Shown here piece by piece: positions 25,476-37,989 of a DNA stretch of 64,000 nucleotides. Position numbers and translations under genes: made by a program. Within the stretch, counting starts at the first letter, position 1; every line of letters begins with the position of its first letter. This DNA comes from Rhizaria sp. SCN 62-66. Taxonomy: Eukaryota. The DNA lies in assembly GCA_001724265.1 (NCBI GenBank), contig MEDY01000161.1, positions 1-64,000 of the forward strand, read 5' to 3'. The notes beneath the pieces were generated by a model. The model saw nothing but the letters and a program-made list of their open reading frames with translations, had not been told where the DNA came from and did not search any database.

Positions 25476-28400
25476 ATGGCAACCGTGGGCGACACTAAGC
25501 CCGCCCTGGTGGCCGGCGCCGGCGGAGGCCGTTCGCTTAACGTCGGCCCCGGAAGCTCAGCCGACTTAGCTGCGCTGCTTGAAAAGGCCAAGAAGAGCTT
25601 CATCACCAGCACTGAAGTCCAGGAATACGCTGTTGCGTGGATTCGCCAGCAGCTCCACTCGTACGTTTCGCTTCTTCCTGCTCAAACAAAGCTAGATACC
25701 ACTGTTACGCTCGAGCTCTCTCTCGCTGCTCCTCTTTTCTTGGAGCATGTTTTTAACGCCACTATATCACTTTGATGAACGAAATCTTCATTTTTCATGA
25801 CTTATCTTTCTTGTTATTAACTAAAATGTTGATTTTATCTCTCTAACTTCTCTCATTGTGCGCCACAACACCTACAGCGATGAGACCGAATGCGTCCAAA
25901 AGGACAAGTACCTCGTCCTCCAACACCTCGGCGAAGGCGGATTCGGCTCCGCGTACCGCGTTCTGAACCGCGAAGACAACCGCTAGTACGTCCTCAAGAT
26001 GATTCGCTGTGCCTCCGAGTCTCAGCTTGAGCAAACCGTCATCGAAATGGTCACCATGCGTCTCTGCTCTTCCCCGTTCACCGTCCGCTTCGTTGAATTC
26101 TTCCAACACGACCTCGAGGTCTATCTGGTGATGGAATACTGCAGTGAAGGTGACCTCGGTGGCCGTCTCCGTGAACTCCGTCGTCCCCCGTCCCAGGAGC
26201 AAGTTCTCCGTTGGTTCACCCAACTCACCCTCGGTCTGGCGCGGATCCACCGCATGGGCTTCCTCCACCGCGACATCAAGCCGGGCAACATCTTCTTCGG
26301 CCGTTGGGATGTCGTCAAACTCGGCGATTTCGGACTCGCAGCCCTCGGTGGCCGGCTCGTCAACTCGGAACGCGTGGCCGGAGGACTCGCAGGTACCCCC
26401 GGTTTCCTTTCTCCCGAAATGCTCCGCGGGGAGCCCTACAACGCGAAAACCGACATCTGGGCTCTCGGATGCACCTTATACGAAATGCTCACGGGCCGCT
26501 CAGCCTTCCGGGATCTATACGGCGGGCGTCATCAGACTGGAGGCGCAGTCGGTCCGGGCTCTGGCGTCCTCGTCGGTGCCCAACTGCCGCGCCGCCACAT
26601 CGCCTCCCATTTCTCCCCCGAACTCGTCGACGTTCTCGCACTTTGTTTGGACCCGTCCCCGGAGTCGCGCCCGTCGGCGGCTGAGCTGCTCCAGCTCCCC
26701 GTGCTAGCGCGTACTCTCCCTTTAGTCCAAGACGAGCTGGAACTCCTGGAACGCGTGACGGCGCTCGAAGACCGGCTTGGTTACGACGCCGCGGCCCGGT
26801 CCCTGCGCAACGTCACGGCACGCTACATGCCCACCAACCGCTTCCTCCGTCTAGGCGCCGGCGCCGCTGTCCGTGGCTACGAGATGGTCTGCGACGTAGG
26901 CACCCACCTGTTCAACGCGGTGGTCTGGCTCGGGACGGGCGTCTTCTCCCCGCAGGAGCTGCCCACCGTAGCCAAGACGCGTCTCGCAACGGACTCACAG
27001 CTCAACGACCCGCCGACCCGCGCCGCTCTGGCCGCTACCACGGCTCTCTGGGTGCCCCTGCTCCTCGCCGCGCTCGGTCTGCTTGCCGGTGCGCTGTCCT
27101 CCCTCGCGCTGCGGTACTGGCGCCTCTTTGCCATCTCAGCCCTCTGTCCGCCGGTGACTGCACTCTGTGTGCAGATCGCCCAACGGCAGCTGCGCAGGCC
27201 GCAGGCTCCGCTCCCGCCGCCTCGCCCCCCTCGTATCACCACAAACGCAAATACGGGGGCGAACACGGGGGTGGTCACGAGGGCAGGTGCTCCAGTCGTG
27301 GCCGTCTCTGCCGCCGCTGTGGAGGCGATCGACGGCGCCCGCGCCCGCGCCCGCTCCGCCGTTGCTTTCGCCCGAGAACTCCTCGCAGGCGCTTCCGTCC
27401 CCTCTTTCCTCTCCGTCCCCGCTCCTCCTCTCCACGCCAGGCTATCCACCCTCGCGCTCCCCGTCACCTGGCCGACGTTGGCCCGGCTCTGCTGCTTCCT
27501 CGGCGCCGCGGTCTGGGCGATCGAGCTCCTGTCAACCCTCGTCCCGCCCGGTCGCGGCGTCTGGGGGCATCTGTTCTACGGTGCCCTGTCGCTCTTCGGC
27601 GCCGCTGTCGGGTACTGGATTGCCTGTGTCGCCCGCGCCGCCACCGCCAACGCGGCCGCGGCGGCGCTTGCGGGGGGAGCCGGTCAGCTCGGCCTCGGTC
27701 CTCTCGGCGTAGGGCTAGGCTTGGGATCGGACTCCGATTCGGAGGACCTCTTTGACACTTTCCCCCCCACCACCAGTAACGCCAACCCCCTCACCACAAA
27801 CGCGAAGAATGCGAATCACAATACCAATGGCAACAACGCGATCTCCGCCCCGTCCCCCCGCAACAACACCGCTGTCGCCGCGATGACCGGCGCTGGCGCT
27901 GGCGCGGGGGCGGCTACTTTGCCCGCCGCCGCCGGTGGGACTGCGGCCACCGCCCGGCCGCGCGGGACCCCGTCAGCTCTCCGCGGCGCTGCCGGGCAAC
28001 GGCTAGTCCACGACTGCGCTCTATACGCCGCCGCGGGCGTCGCCGTGGCGGTCGCGGTTGCGATGGGCGCCGCCGTGGCTCCCAGCGAGGACCCGGAAGC
28101 CATCATCGCGGCCGCCGCGGCCGCCTCTGCCGCCGCCGCGCCGGGAGGGCCGGACTCAGCAGCCGCCAAGGCCGCGGCCGCCGCCGCCGCCAAGACCGCG
28201 AAGAAGGCTCTCGAAGCTGCCGCCGCTAAGGCCGCCGCCGCCGCTGCTGCCTCCCCAGCTGCTGCCAAACTCGCCGCCGCCGCCGCCGAATCCTCCGCCC
28301 GTTTCCCTGCCCTTGCGCTCCTGTTTCTCCTCGCGCTTTTGACTCTCGCGTATGCCATTGCGACTGCGAAACCCGTCCGTCCTTACGCGCGCCGTGCGCT

Positions 28401-29067
28401 AGCTGCCCTCCGTAACCGCGCCCGCGCCGCTTTGCTGCCCCCGGCGCTGACGTCAGCGGCCGCACTTGCTGCGACGCTCACGTCCCCTCGTGCCGCTGCG
28501 CTGCTACTGCAGGGCACGGGTTCCGGCACGGGTCCCCTGGGTACCGCGGGAAATAATAATAAGGTGGTGTTGATGTCGCCGCAACAGTCACCGGTTCCCG
28601 CGAACACCAACGGCAATAACGCTCAGTTACTCTCTTCCCCGCAGTCGTCGTCGTCGTCATCGTCGAGCTCGGCATCCGCGGCGGCGACGGCGGCGGCGGA
28701 GCAAGTTCTCAAACAAGCTCCTCTCTTTGCAGTCACGGACGCTGTTTTAGCGTTTGTGGAGCAAGCTTGGCAGCCTCTCTCCGCCGCCGCCCTCGGCACC
28801 CTGTTGTTTTTCACTGTCCCCCACTGGCGCTTCACAGGGACTCGCCCTACCGACGCTGGCGGCGCCCCGGTGCCGATGGTCTTGCTCCTGCTTTTACCGG
28901 TGGTGATGCTGCTGGCTCTGGGGACGATTGCCCGGGACGCGCGTCACGAAGGCGGGGGTTTGGTGTCGGCGTCATTGGTGAGGTTTGTGATCCTCCCGTC
29001 GATCGTGACGTTTTTTTTGTTTTTGTTTGTGCAATCGTTTCTTGTGTCTATTATGAACTATTCATGA
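25476..29067 (+). CDS. NEK/NIMA-like Ser/Thr kinase with multi-pass membrane C-terminus; exons 25476-25660 and 25878-29067; contains an in-frame TAG at 25984-25986
   Basis: LGEGGFGSAY, YVLK, VMEYCSEGDL, HRDIKPGNIF, KLGDFGLA, GTPGFLSPE, PYNAKTDIWALGC. About 9 hydrophobic helices downstream. The intron GTACGT...CCTACAG keeps the frame. Confidence 0.8.
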
Positions 29068-30134
29068 AGTGTTGGTTGTTCGTGTGAGTTGTTGTATTCG
29101 TGCGTTCCTTCCTGGTTACTCGTGAGTTTTGTGTAATCTAATGATGAACTGCGCTGCTGCTGGAACCAGTGTTTCTTGATAGTCTTGTCTATAATATTCT
29201 TACATAATGAAAATACGCGTGTGAACATCATCATTGCATGGTTTTACGTCCTAATAATCACAAAAGCACTGGTAGTTCCATCGAGAGAGAGATGTATAGG
29301 AGCAGTCTACCAACACTTGCATAACTTCAGTCTTCACTTCAGTCACTGCTAAGTGTTCCGCTGCATGCTAAAGACGTGTGTGCGTGCTATTCAGTGCTGT
29401 GTGGGGCCTTTCTGTTTGCGTTTGACAATCGCCGTCGCATGTCACTGTGTTGTATATCTATTTGTGATTATTGGTGTCCGTAAACCTTATCATAACCCTG
29501 TGGTTTTGCTGTTACTTTTCGCTCCACCCGTGTCTCATTTCTTTACTTTCCCACCTCATCCCTTTGTTTCTTTAATAATTATGTTGGTGATATTGCCTCT
29601 CCTGCAAGTTCAATTCAGCTGGTATGATTTTCAGTTTGGTAACTTTGCTTTTTAGTGTATAATTCCCCCTCGCATGGGTTTGTCTGCATGATGAGTGCAT
29701 TGTTGGCTCACACAGGAGACGACTAAAGGGGTGGAAATCTGTTTTTATATTTGTATAGATAACTTTTTTGCTCTAACGCCGACAAATACAACATAGTATT
29801 CTTGAAAATCAAGCATATTTTGTTGGCGTCACATCTGACCACAAACCGCGATTGATTTTGACAGCGACGTGACAATGAGTGACTTTGACGGCGAGACCCA
29901 GTGACATATCGAAAGAGCAACGGCTTGCGTCATCACGAAACGAATCAATTGTGTCCGACTTTGAGCAGCTTGATGTCCCGCGTTTCACCGTTGATTGCTA
30001 AACCGGTTTGAATTTAAGATACGCAAGTTGATTAATTTTATTTTAATAAATTGCCACTATCTCTGATGCGACAAAACCCTCACCAATATGCCGAATTCCG
30101 TTTGCTCGTGCCTCACGCCCCAACCACAGAAGTC

Positions 30135-32983
30135 ATGGCAACTTTCCAAGCAACCGTGGCGCCCATGCCCACGGGCTTTTCTCACCTCGCCTACACCAAC
30201 ATGGTACGCATCCCCGATAATATTTGTTTTGCCCAACTAATATTTCTCTCTCCTCGCGCTTTCTTGGCTTTGCGCATCTCTTAAGCTCAACCCGACTCTG
30301 AATCTCCACTCTGTTTTGTGTTGCCCTCACCTTTACTTTCAATCTGCTTTCTCCCAACAAACCTCTTTCTTTTGCGCAGGTGTACACGCGCACGCGCCCC
30401 GCCGGCGCGACAATGGCGTGGGTCAACGACCAGATCTACGCCTGGAACACCCTCGACCAGCTCGGTGAACACGACGTCGCACTCAACGCTCTCCAGCGCG
30501 AAGCCTGCGGTGTTTCCCAGGGCCAGGCCGTCACCCTCCGCGCCGCCGCGGCCGCCGAGCTGCCCCAAGCCTTCTCCGTCCGCGTTACGCTCGACCTCAT
30601 CACCAAGCGCAAGGCCGAGCTCAAGGAGGAGGACGTGGCGGCTAAACTTCTCCAGCTCTTCGCTGGCCAGCCTGTGTGCCGCGACGGCGTGTGGGCGATG
30701 GATTTCAACGGCACTCCGCTGCGCCTCACCGTCACCAACTGTACCGGGCTCAACCCGGGCGCCGCTGGGGGCGAAAGCAAGGAAAGCAAGGAGCATATCT
30801 CCAAGGTTGTCCCTGCCGCCATCCTCGCAGCTGCCACCGAAGTCGACATTGTCCCGAATAAGGACAACAAGCTTCTCGTGCTTGAGAAGAGCGAGAGCAA
30901 GAAGCACACCCGTATCTTCGATCCCAACTGGCGCTTTGAGGACATGGGCATCGGTGGTCTGGACGCAGAGTTCTCGTCCATTTTCCGTCGCGCCTTCGCC
31001 TCGCGTCTCCTGCCCCCCAAGTTCATCCAGGTACGTCTTAGATTTCCGGCTGTATATCTTCATGTATTTGAAATATTGAATATTTTTTCAGTGCATATTA
31101 CTGTTATATATCTGTATGTTACGTTTTGTCTTCTTAAGTGAATATCTCATTGATGTATACTCTTGTTTGTTATTTTATCTGGACCTTGCGATGTTTTGTT
31201 TGTAGGACCTCGGTATCAAGCCTGTCAAGGGTATGCTTCTCTACGGTCCCCCCGGTACTGGTAAGACTCTCATCGCACGTCAAATCGGTAAGATGCTCGC
31301 TGGTCGTGAGCCGAAGATTGTCCACGGTCCTGAGATTCTGAACAAGTTTGTCGGTCAAGCTGAGGAGAACATCCGTAACCTCTTCGCCGACGCTATCCAG
31401 GTACGTTCCACATATTCCGTGCTTAAAAGTTACCTCTATAACATCAAAATCAACTATAATTTTGCGATAACATTTAAATCACTAAAATCTAACTTATTAT
31501 TAACTTTTATTTCTTTAAAAAATTATAAATCTAGGACTATGCTGAGAACAAGGAGAACTCTGACCTCCACATCATCATCTTCGACGAAATCGACTCGATC
31601 TGCAAGGCTCGTGGCTCTGTCCGCTCTGGCACCGGCGTCCACGACACTGTCGTCAACCAGCTTCTCACCATGATCGACGGTGTCGACTCCCCCAACAACA
31701 TCCTCGTCATCGGTATGACCAACCGCAAGGATCTGCTCGACCCTGCCCTCCTGCGCCCAGGTCGTCTCGAGGTCCACGTCGAGATCTCCCTCGCCGACGA
31801 GCACGGCCGCCGTCAAATCATCGACATCCACACCAAGAAGATGCGTGAGAGCAACGTTCTCGCCGACGACGTCGACCTCGACTTCATCGCGAAGCATACC
31901 AAGAACTACTCCGGTGCCGAGCTCGAAGGTGTCGTCAAGGCCGCCGCTTCGTACGCCATCTACGCCGCGGTCCAGGTCTCCGGCTCTGGTGTCGCGCTGA
32001 AGGATGACTACAAGGCGATGAAGGTCCGCATGGAGCATTTTCACCTTGCGCTCGATGAAGTCCGCCCGGCGTTCGGTGTCGCAGAGGACGAGCTTAAGGC
32101 GCTGATGCCGCAGGGCATCACCGACTATAGCACTGAGCACGACTCGCGTTTCCGCGACCTCCGCAGCGAAGTTGATAACCTTGTCAACGTGCTCCGCGAC
32201 GACGACCGCAAGTCGGTCACCACTGTGCTGCTCAAGGGTCCCCGCGGCTCCGGTAAGACTGCGCTCGCGGCTGATTTCGCGATTCGCTCTGGTTTCCCGT
32301 TCGCGAAGCTGATCGCGCCGCACCAGTTCATGGGCATGCCTGAGACTGGCAAGGCGTCCGAGATCGGGCTCGTTTTCGACCAAGCGTACAAGTCCCCTCT
32401 GTCCGTCATCGTCATCGATAACCTCGAAGTTCTGCTTGACTACGTTGACATCGGTCCCCGATTCTCCAACGTCGTCCTCCAGTCCCTCGTCGCTGCTCTC
32501 GCCCGCCCCCATCCTGAGGGCGCGAAGCGGAAGCTGCTGATCATCGGTACCACGAGTTCCTACCGCGCTCTCCGCGAAGTCGGCCTCGCGAACGCGTTCC
32601 AGTTCACTGTCGATGTCCCCGCGCTTAACTCACTCGAGGCGGCGCGTGTACTCGAGGCCACGAGTACCTTCGCCTTCCCCACCACCCCCAAGCTCGGTGG
32701 CAGCCCCACAGTCTGCTCCCAGTTTCCCCTCCCCGTCTCCGTCTCCACAAGCGAGATGCTCGATCGCATCCAGATCCCTATCAAGCAGCTTCTGCTCGTC
32801 GCAGGGATGGCGATTCATGATAACAAGAGTCAGCCGCTGGCGGTGCAGCGTGGGGAGCCCCGTGATGGGTTTAACATCGCCGCCTATAATGCACTGCGCA
32901 AGTGGATTGAGAAGTGCGCGGTTGATACGGACGCACCGGAGAAGCTTGCCGAGGCCATCATCAAGGCGCCCTTTTACGGCTAA
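30135..32983 (+). CDS. NSF: Vesicle-fusing AAA+ ATPase NSF/Sec18; exons 30135-30203, 30380-31030, 31206-31400, 31535-32983; ~787 aa
   Basis: [68 protein letters not shown], a second Walker A GPRGSGKT and IGPRFSN. Three phase-0 GTACG..AG introns. Confidence 0.97.
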
Positions 32984-33050
32984 GTGTGAAGCTTATCAAG
33001 GTGCCCTTTTGCGGCACACTAAGAGTGTGATCAAGGCGCCCTTTGGAGGA
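32960..33050 (+). repeat. Imperfect 35-nt tandem repeat x3 overlapping the NSF stop codon
   Basis: ATCAAGGYGCCCTTT starts at 32960, 32995 and 33030. Confidence 0.85.
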
Positions 33051-33743
33051 GACTGAGGCCTTTATGTCGATTACATTCGATGATGACAGAAGTGTCGCCT
33101 TTGCCAGGCTTTGAGACGGGGTGATAGTCTCTTATAAGATGTGAGTTTGTGTAATATAAGCTACGGTTCTTTTATTTTCCCTTGTGGGGTCGACATATAT
33201 ATTGAATTTGTTTTTATTTTTGTTGTAATAAGCTTATTTTTCATAGTTATCGTGTTTGTGTCTGATGTTGAATGCCTCTCAAGTAATTAGCGGCGCGGGC
33301 AGAGGCCGGGCTATTGTAGCGATGCCCCAACACGCTGACGTAAGCACGTTGCTCTCGGTGAACACTGTACACTGTACGCTGTACTCTGTACGCGGATATC
33401 CTACGGACAGTAACGTGTGAAAGTGGCTACGTTTGCATTTTGAGTTTTTGGTGACATCGCATCAATGCGTGGTTATCATACAGAGATAGATTGAGTTTTA
33501 TTCCCCCTAAGACGTTGTGATTCGTCACTCTTGTCTAGTTTTGTCTTAGTTTCAGCACATTCTTCGATTCGATTCTTTGTTTCTCCACAATAAGCGAAAT
33601 ATACACCGCCTTGAAATGGGAGAGCATAAGTCTCTAAAAACGTAAAACAACTTAGTTGCTTGATTTTATGTCGAGTGAAAAAAATTGAATTTCATAAGAA
33701 ACCAAGACATAAGAAGCCAAAAACTTTTGCGAAAGTTTTAATA

Positions 33744-33889
33744 CGGCAAATGGGTTAGCGGACGACCACACTGATTGTCGTTCGGCACCGGTCCCTGCAC
33801 TGCTGTCGAGCAACACCCGGAGTTCACCTGTCATGTTACGGGCGTCTCTGGTCTCAGTAGAGGCCGAGTTCGACTCTCGGCTTTGCCAG
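33744..33889 (+). ncRNA. tRNA-like Pol III RNA; best reading is an atypical intron-containing tRNA-Asp(GTC)
   Basis: GGCAAA/TTTGCC terminal stem, D arm GGTT-AGCGGAC-GACC, ACTGA/TCAGT stem, T arm (G)CCGAG-TTCGACT-CTCGG(C), and a T9 run at 33899-33907. Confidence 0.65.
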
Positions 33890-34448
33890 CATATCTTCTT
33901 TTTTTTTAATTTAAATTTCGTTTTTCATTTCGTTTTTATGTTACGCTGTGTCCGACCCGTTAATATCTCTCTTACTCTTGGTGACAATAATTTTTGCCTC
34001 ACATCGCTCCCGCCGAGCGGTGGTGAATGTTGCAACAAGAACAACTCGTAACAGCAGCAGCATCAGCACCGGCAACAGGAGCGTTGATATCATCGTCAAA
34101 CTCGTTCAAAAGCGGCTCATAAACGACATTCTGGAGTGATTTCACGAGATGCGGCTTAACAATCGCGCGGGGGTCATCGGTCAGATTGACAGACTCAGCT
34201 TGCTTCTTGAGTGCAGCGTTCGCGCCCTCAACGAAAGTACTTATCTTGGCTGCCACCGTTGGGGACCGGTTCCGATGCCGGTTTCAGCTCACGGTCACAG
34301 CCACCACGGTCATGGGTCACTCACAGCGAACTGAATGACATAACAATCAGCTGACTATTTTTATTAGATAGCCACTATGACCACATAAAGAATAATAAAA
34401 TCAACTAAATAAAGCTTAATCAAAGCTCCCGCATAACAACTTATCAGT

Positions 34449-35784
34449 TCAAACACCAAAGTCTGACTCAAGCCTCGTCGGTCCTCGCATTCCCGCTCCA
34501 TTCACCGCTGCCGCATTCCCACCATTACCACCGCTGTTCACAGCCAGCCTCAACCCCGCCAACCCCCCAGCCTCGTTACCATGACCGGTATCAGCGGGAC
34601 GCGCCCACCGTGCCGCCGACGGCAACACCGCTCCCCCGGCGGTACCCATGGCCCCCGCACCAGCACCCGCGAGAGAACTCATGGGGGTACTCGCGCCCAA
34701 CGCAGCGGCCGTGGCGGCGTTGTTGTTGATGCTGTTGCTTTGAGCCCTGGCTACCGCGCTTGCTGGCAGCGGCACAGCAGCAGCACCGCGACTGCGCGCG
34801 ATATGGGAGCCGCCAGTCAAACCGGTCCCCCCCATGGAGGCCCCAGCGGCGGCGGTGGCGGCTGTTGTAGGGAGCAGTCCAAACGCACCGGTGCTAGATT
34901 GTGCCAGGGACGGCGGCTGTGACGGGGCGTGTGACTGTGATTGTGGGGCAGGACGACGGAGTAGCGAAGCCGTCGCCGCTGTGGCCGTCGATGCCACGCC
35001 AGCGACAGGCGTATTCCAGCCCCCGCTCCCGCTCCCGCCCCCGTTGCCAGCGCCAGTGCCGCTGCTGGTGTTGAGGTGAACGGAGTTCGAAGAAGCAGCG
35101 CCGGGCGCGTTTGTAGTCGAAGGGGAAAGAGAGTGCATTCCGCTATTATTGCTCGTAGCACTGTGAGCGGCAGTCGCGGGCGAGCCGGAGACTGAGGGGA
35201 AAGAGAACGCCGGTGTTGTCGTGGCATCAGCGCGCATACATAGCCACTCGCCGAGGACGACTGCGACGGCGGCGGACGCGATCGTGAGAAGCCAGTAAGA
35301 CCAGGAACGGGGAAAAGTGCCGTCCCATGCGGCGACGACGAGCGTGTGGAGGAAGTAGATAGTTGATGCGAAATCAAGGCAGAGACGTGCGCGTTGAACA
35401 ATGCGCACGAGCAGACGAGGGCTAAGTGACACAAACACATGAAGAAACAAAATAGGCACAAAAACAGTGAGACAGAGGCACTCAGTAGATCAAGAACAAG
35501 AAGGCGTCAATGTTCCAGAAAGAGCGGAAGAGATCTGATCCACCGAGGAGAAGAACGTACATGATAAGCGCAACGGAAAAGTGGATAGCGTAAGCACAGA
35601 AGCGGACGGGTGACTCTGGGTTCACAGGCGTTGCTGAGAAGATATACGAGAGTGAAAATTGATGTCCCAGCACAGTCGTCCAAACAGCGGTGGACACGAG
35701 CAGAAGCGCGTAAAACGCAGCCTGGAGAGTCAGAATTTGACGCACAATGCGGCGCGGGTTAAAACGCGGCTGCGCGGAGGACAT
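34449..35784 (-). CDS. SYS1: SYS1 Golgi membrane protein with long low-complexity C-terminal tail; exons 35784-35561 and 35421-34449; ~398 aa
   Basis: FNPRRIVRQILTLQAAFY, IVQRARLCLDFASTIYFLH, FPRSWSYW and LGEWLCMR are typical Sys1 motifs. The GTACGT..CTTAG intron is in frame. Confidence 0.9.
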
Positions 35785-37396
35785 GTGTGAACACAACTGA
35801 ACAGGGAGGTTCGGGAGCTGTTGCAGAGAGCGAGAGCGAGACTGGGTGAGCAGCGTGATTTGATTGGTTCTACTTGGACTGCGGTAGAGGAGAAAGAATG
35901 GGGCGAGACAAAGTGAATAGCAATAAGCAAGCGTGTGCATGTGTGTCAAATCGATGTTAATTGGTGCTGTCGTCTCAATATTTCGTTTTCGCGACAGGGC
36001 TGCGAGCTCCAAGCCGTTGGAGACTCGAAACCGGTTGGCTGATCTAGGCGCTGAAAGAGCCTGGAAAACAGGTTTGATGGAGCATCCTCAAAATTTAATT
36101 AAAGAATTTGAAATAATAACGCTGTTAAAATTGAAAGATCATACAACATCTTCATTGGCGGACTTTACGAAGCTTGCGCGCCTTCTCTTGAACATGCACT
36201 CTGCTGACTCCCAGCAAGCGCCAATCCACCACGAACGCAAAGCTGGCGCAGAGTATTTGCAAGGTGACATCAACAAACAGCCTAAACATTCTTCAAACAA
36301 TGCATATTTTTGATATCATATAGGAAATATAGGTTTAAAGAAGAAAACGAGCGATCAATGCATATAACGTTGTTTTTGTTGCGATATCTACTTAAACGTG
36401 GACTGGTGTCACTCATGAGTAACTATGCTAACCACGCGTGAAGACGTTCAAAATAAAGCGAGTAGAGCGAGTATCAACACAAAATCGTTTCAAGGCAGAG
36501 TTGAAAATAGCTGAGTGGAGGCCTCACTGAATATTACCTTTGTTGCGTGACATATCACTCAAATTTGTTGATACTAAAAGTACTGTATGCTGAACATCTG
36601 TACCCTACCCTAGAACATTTGGATCTGATCCCCTCTGAAGCAAGATCTGATGTCTTCATCAGTAACGATAATCAATCTTGATGAGACATGAAGAAAATTG
36701 GGTTTGAACCGGGGAAGTTAGTCAGTGAATTTGCGAAAAGCCCTGTATGCTCCGTGTGTATCCAGAATCTGTGTTTTTCAAATGTGTTAAGCGTTAAAAC
36801 ATTTCGATCGTTGCGTTGTACTTGTATTCAAAATTGTTTATTTCTGTAAACCCCAATTCTGTTAAGAATCTGATTCCTTTTGCGCGGCAGGTTCCAGTGG
36901 TAACAAAAAAACACCTTGACCAAATGGTGAACTCCAGCGGCTCGATCGACGGCCACAACGTGCTTCACATCTACCACATGCTACTTGAGCATAGCTTTGT
37001 CGAGAAGCTCTACGATATGATCACCTTGATAAGCCAGACGACTTTGTTGTGCATGCATTGAAAGCGCTCAAGCATTCTGTTGAGCGACAACATGCCATGT
37101 AACGTGCCATTGGAACGCGGCATCTTTACTCACATGTGCAATTATTGCTAACGTGTACCCGCGTTTTTAGTTAAAGACCCAAGATAATTAACATCCTCTT
37201 GCAAAGATTTTCTAGATTGCCGAGACGAAATATAATAAAGCGAATTCTGAAGCGTCAAAGTTCCACCGGTTCGTCGCGAACATGGTGGGCAGCACTGATG
37301 AGGCGCAATGCAATGGCGGCGCCAGGGCTCAGGATCAAGCTAATGGCAAAAATAGCAGTGGTAATGAATCTGAAACATCTTTCAATACTGTGAATA

Positions 37397-37398
<2 letters not shown>

Positions 37399-37485
<87 letters not shown>
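37399..37485 (+). repeat. (GAT)29 microsatellite within a degenerate acidic ORF remnant
   Basis: Direct reading. Acidic codons continue in a shifted frame to ~37570. Confidence 0.9.
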
Positions 37486-37487
<2 letters not shown>

Positions 37488-37989
37488 GCACTGATGAATT
37501 TAGTGACAAAGCTGATGAGGAAGAGCAGGAAGTAACGTTTAAGGTTAAGGGATCGGGAAAGCCGCAATGAATAAGCTAAGTCTTGCAGTCAAAGCACGCT
37601 GGTTATTGTGACATTGCTGTTGAAACCTATGACAATTTATTTTTTTCTTCCTCTCAATACATTGTCCTAATATCACTTAGACGATCTAGAGCCAATGAGT
37701 AGACACCACTCATGTACAAGCGCTGATTAGTCGACACATATAGTGCAACAGTCATGTATTTTTCAAAAGCTTACCGCTTAATCAACGGGCGCGGGGCGCG
37801 TGAATGTAAACAACTAACTTCCACAGCCAGGGGAAAAGCGCCAAAAACCCTGGTTCACACAAAACACTTACAAAATAAAGTGCAAAACCTCACACTGACA
37901 ATTTTAAACTTGAATCAAACAAACGTGTTCATGCTAACGACATCTCGACTCAAGCTGTGCAGGAACGTCCCAACTCATGTACTCATGAG

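Noticed and set aside
32960-33050. Possible CRISPR-like array
   Set aside because: Only three imperfect units with related spacers, eukaryotic context and no cas genes.
33948-34334. Two plus-strand ORFs separated by an in-frame TGA (selenoprotein?) and an 85-aa minus ORF
   Set aside because: No redox motif around the TGA, no SECIS seen and no credible start.
36400-37570. Fragmentary coding-like sequence ending in an acidic tract
   Set aside because: Multiple stops and frameshifts and no family identifiable. Only the GAT repeat is reported.
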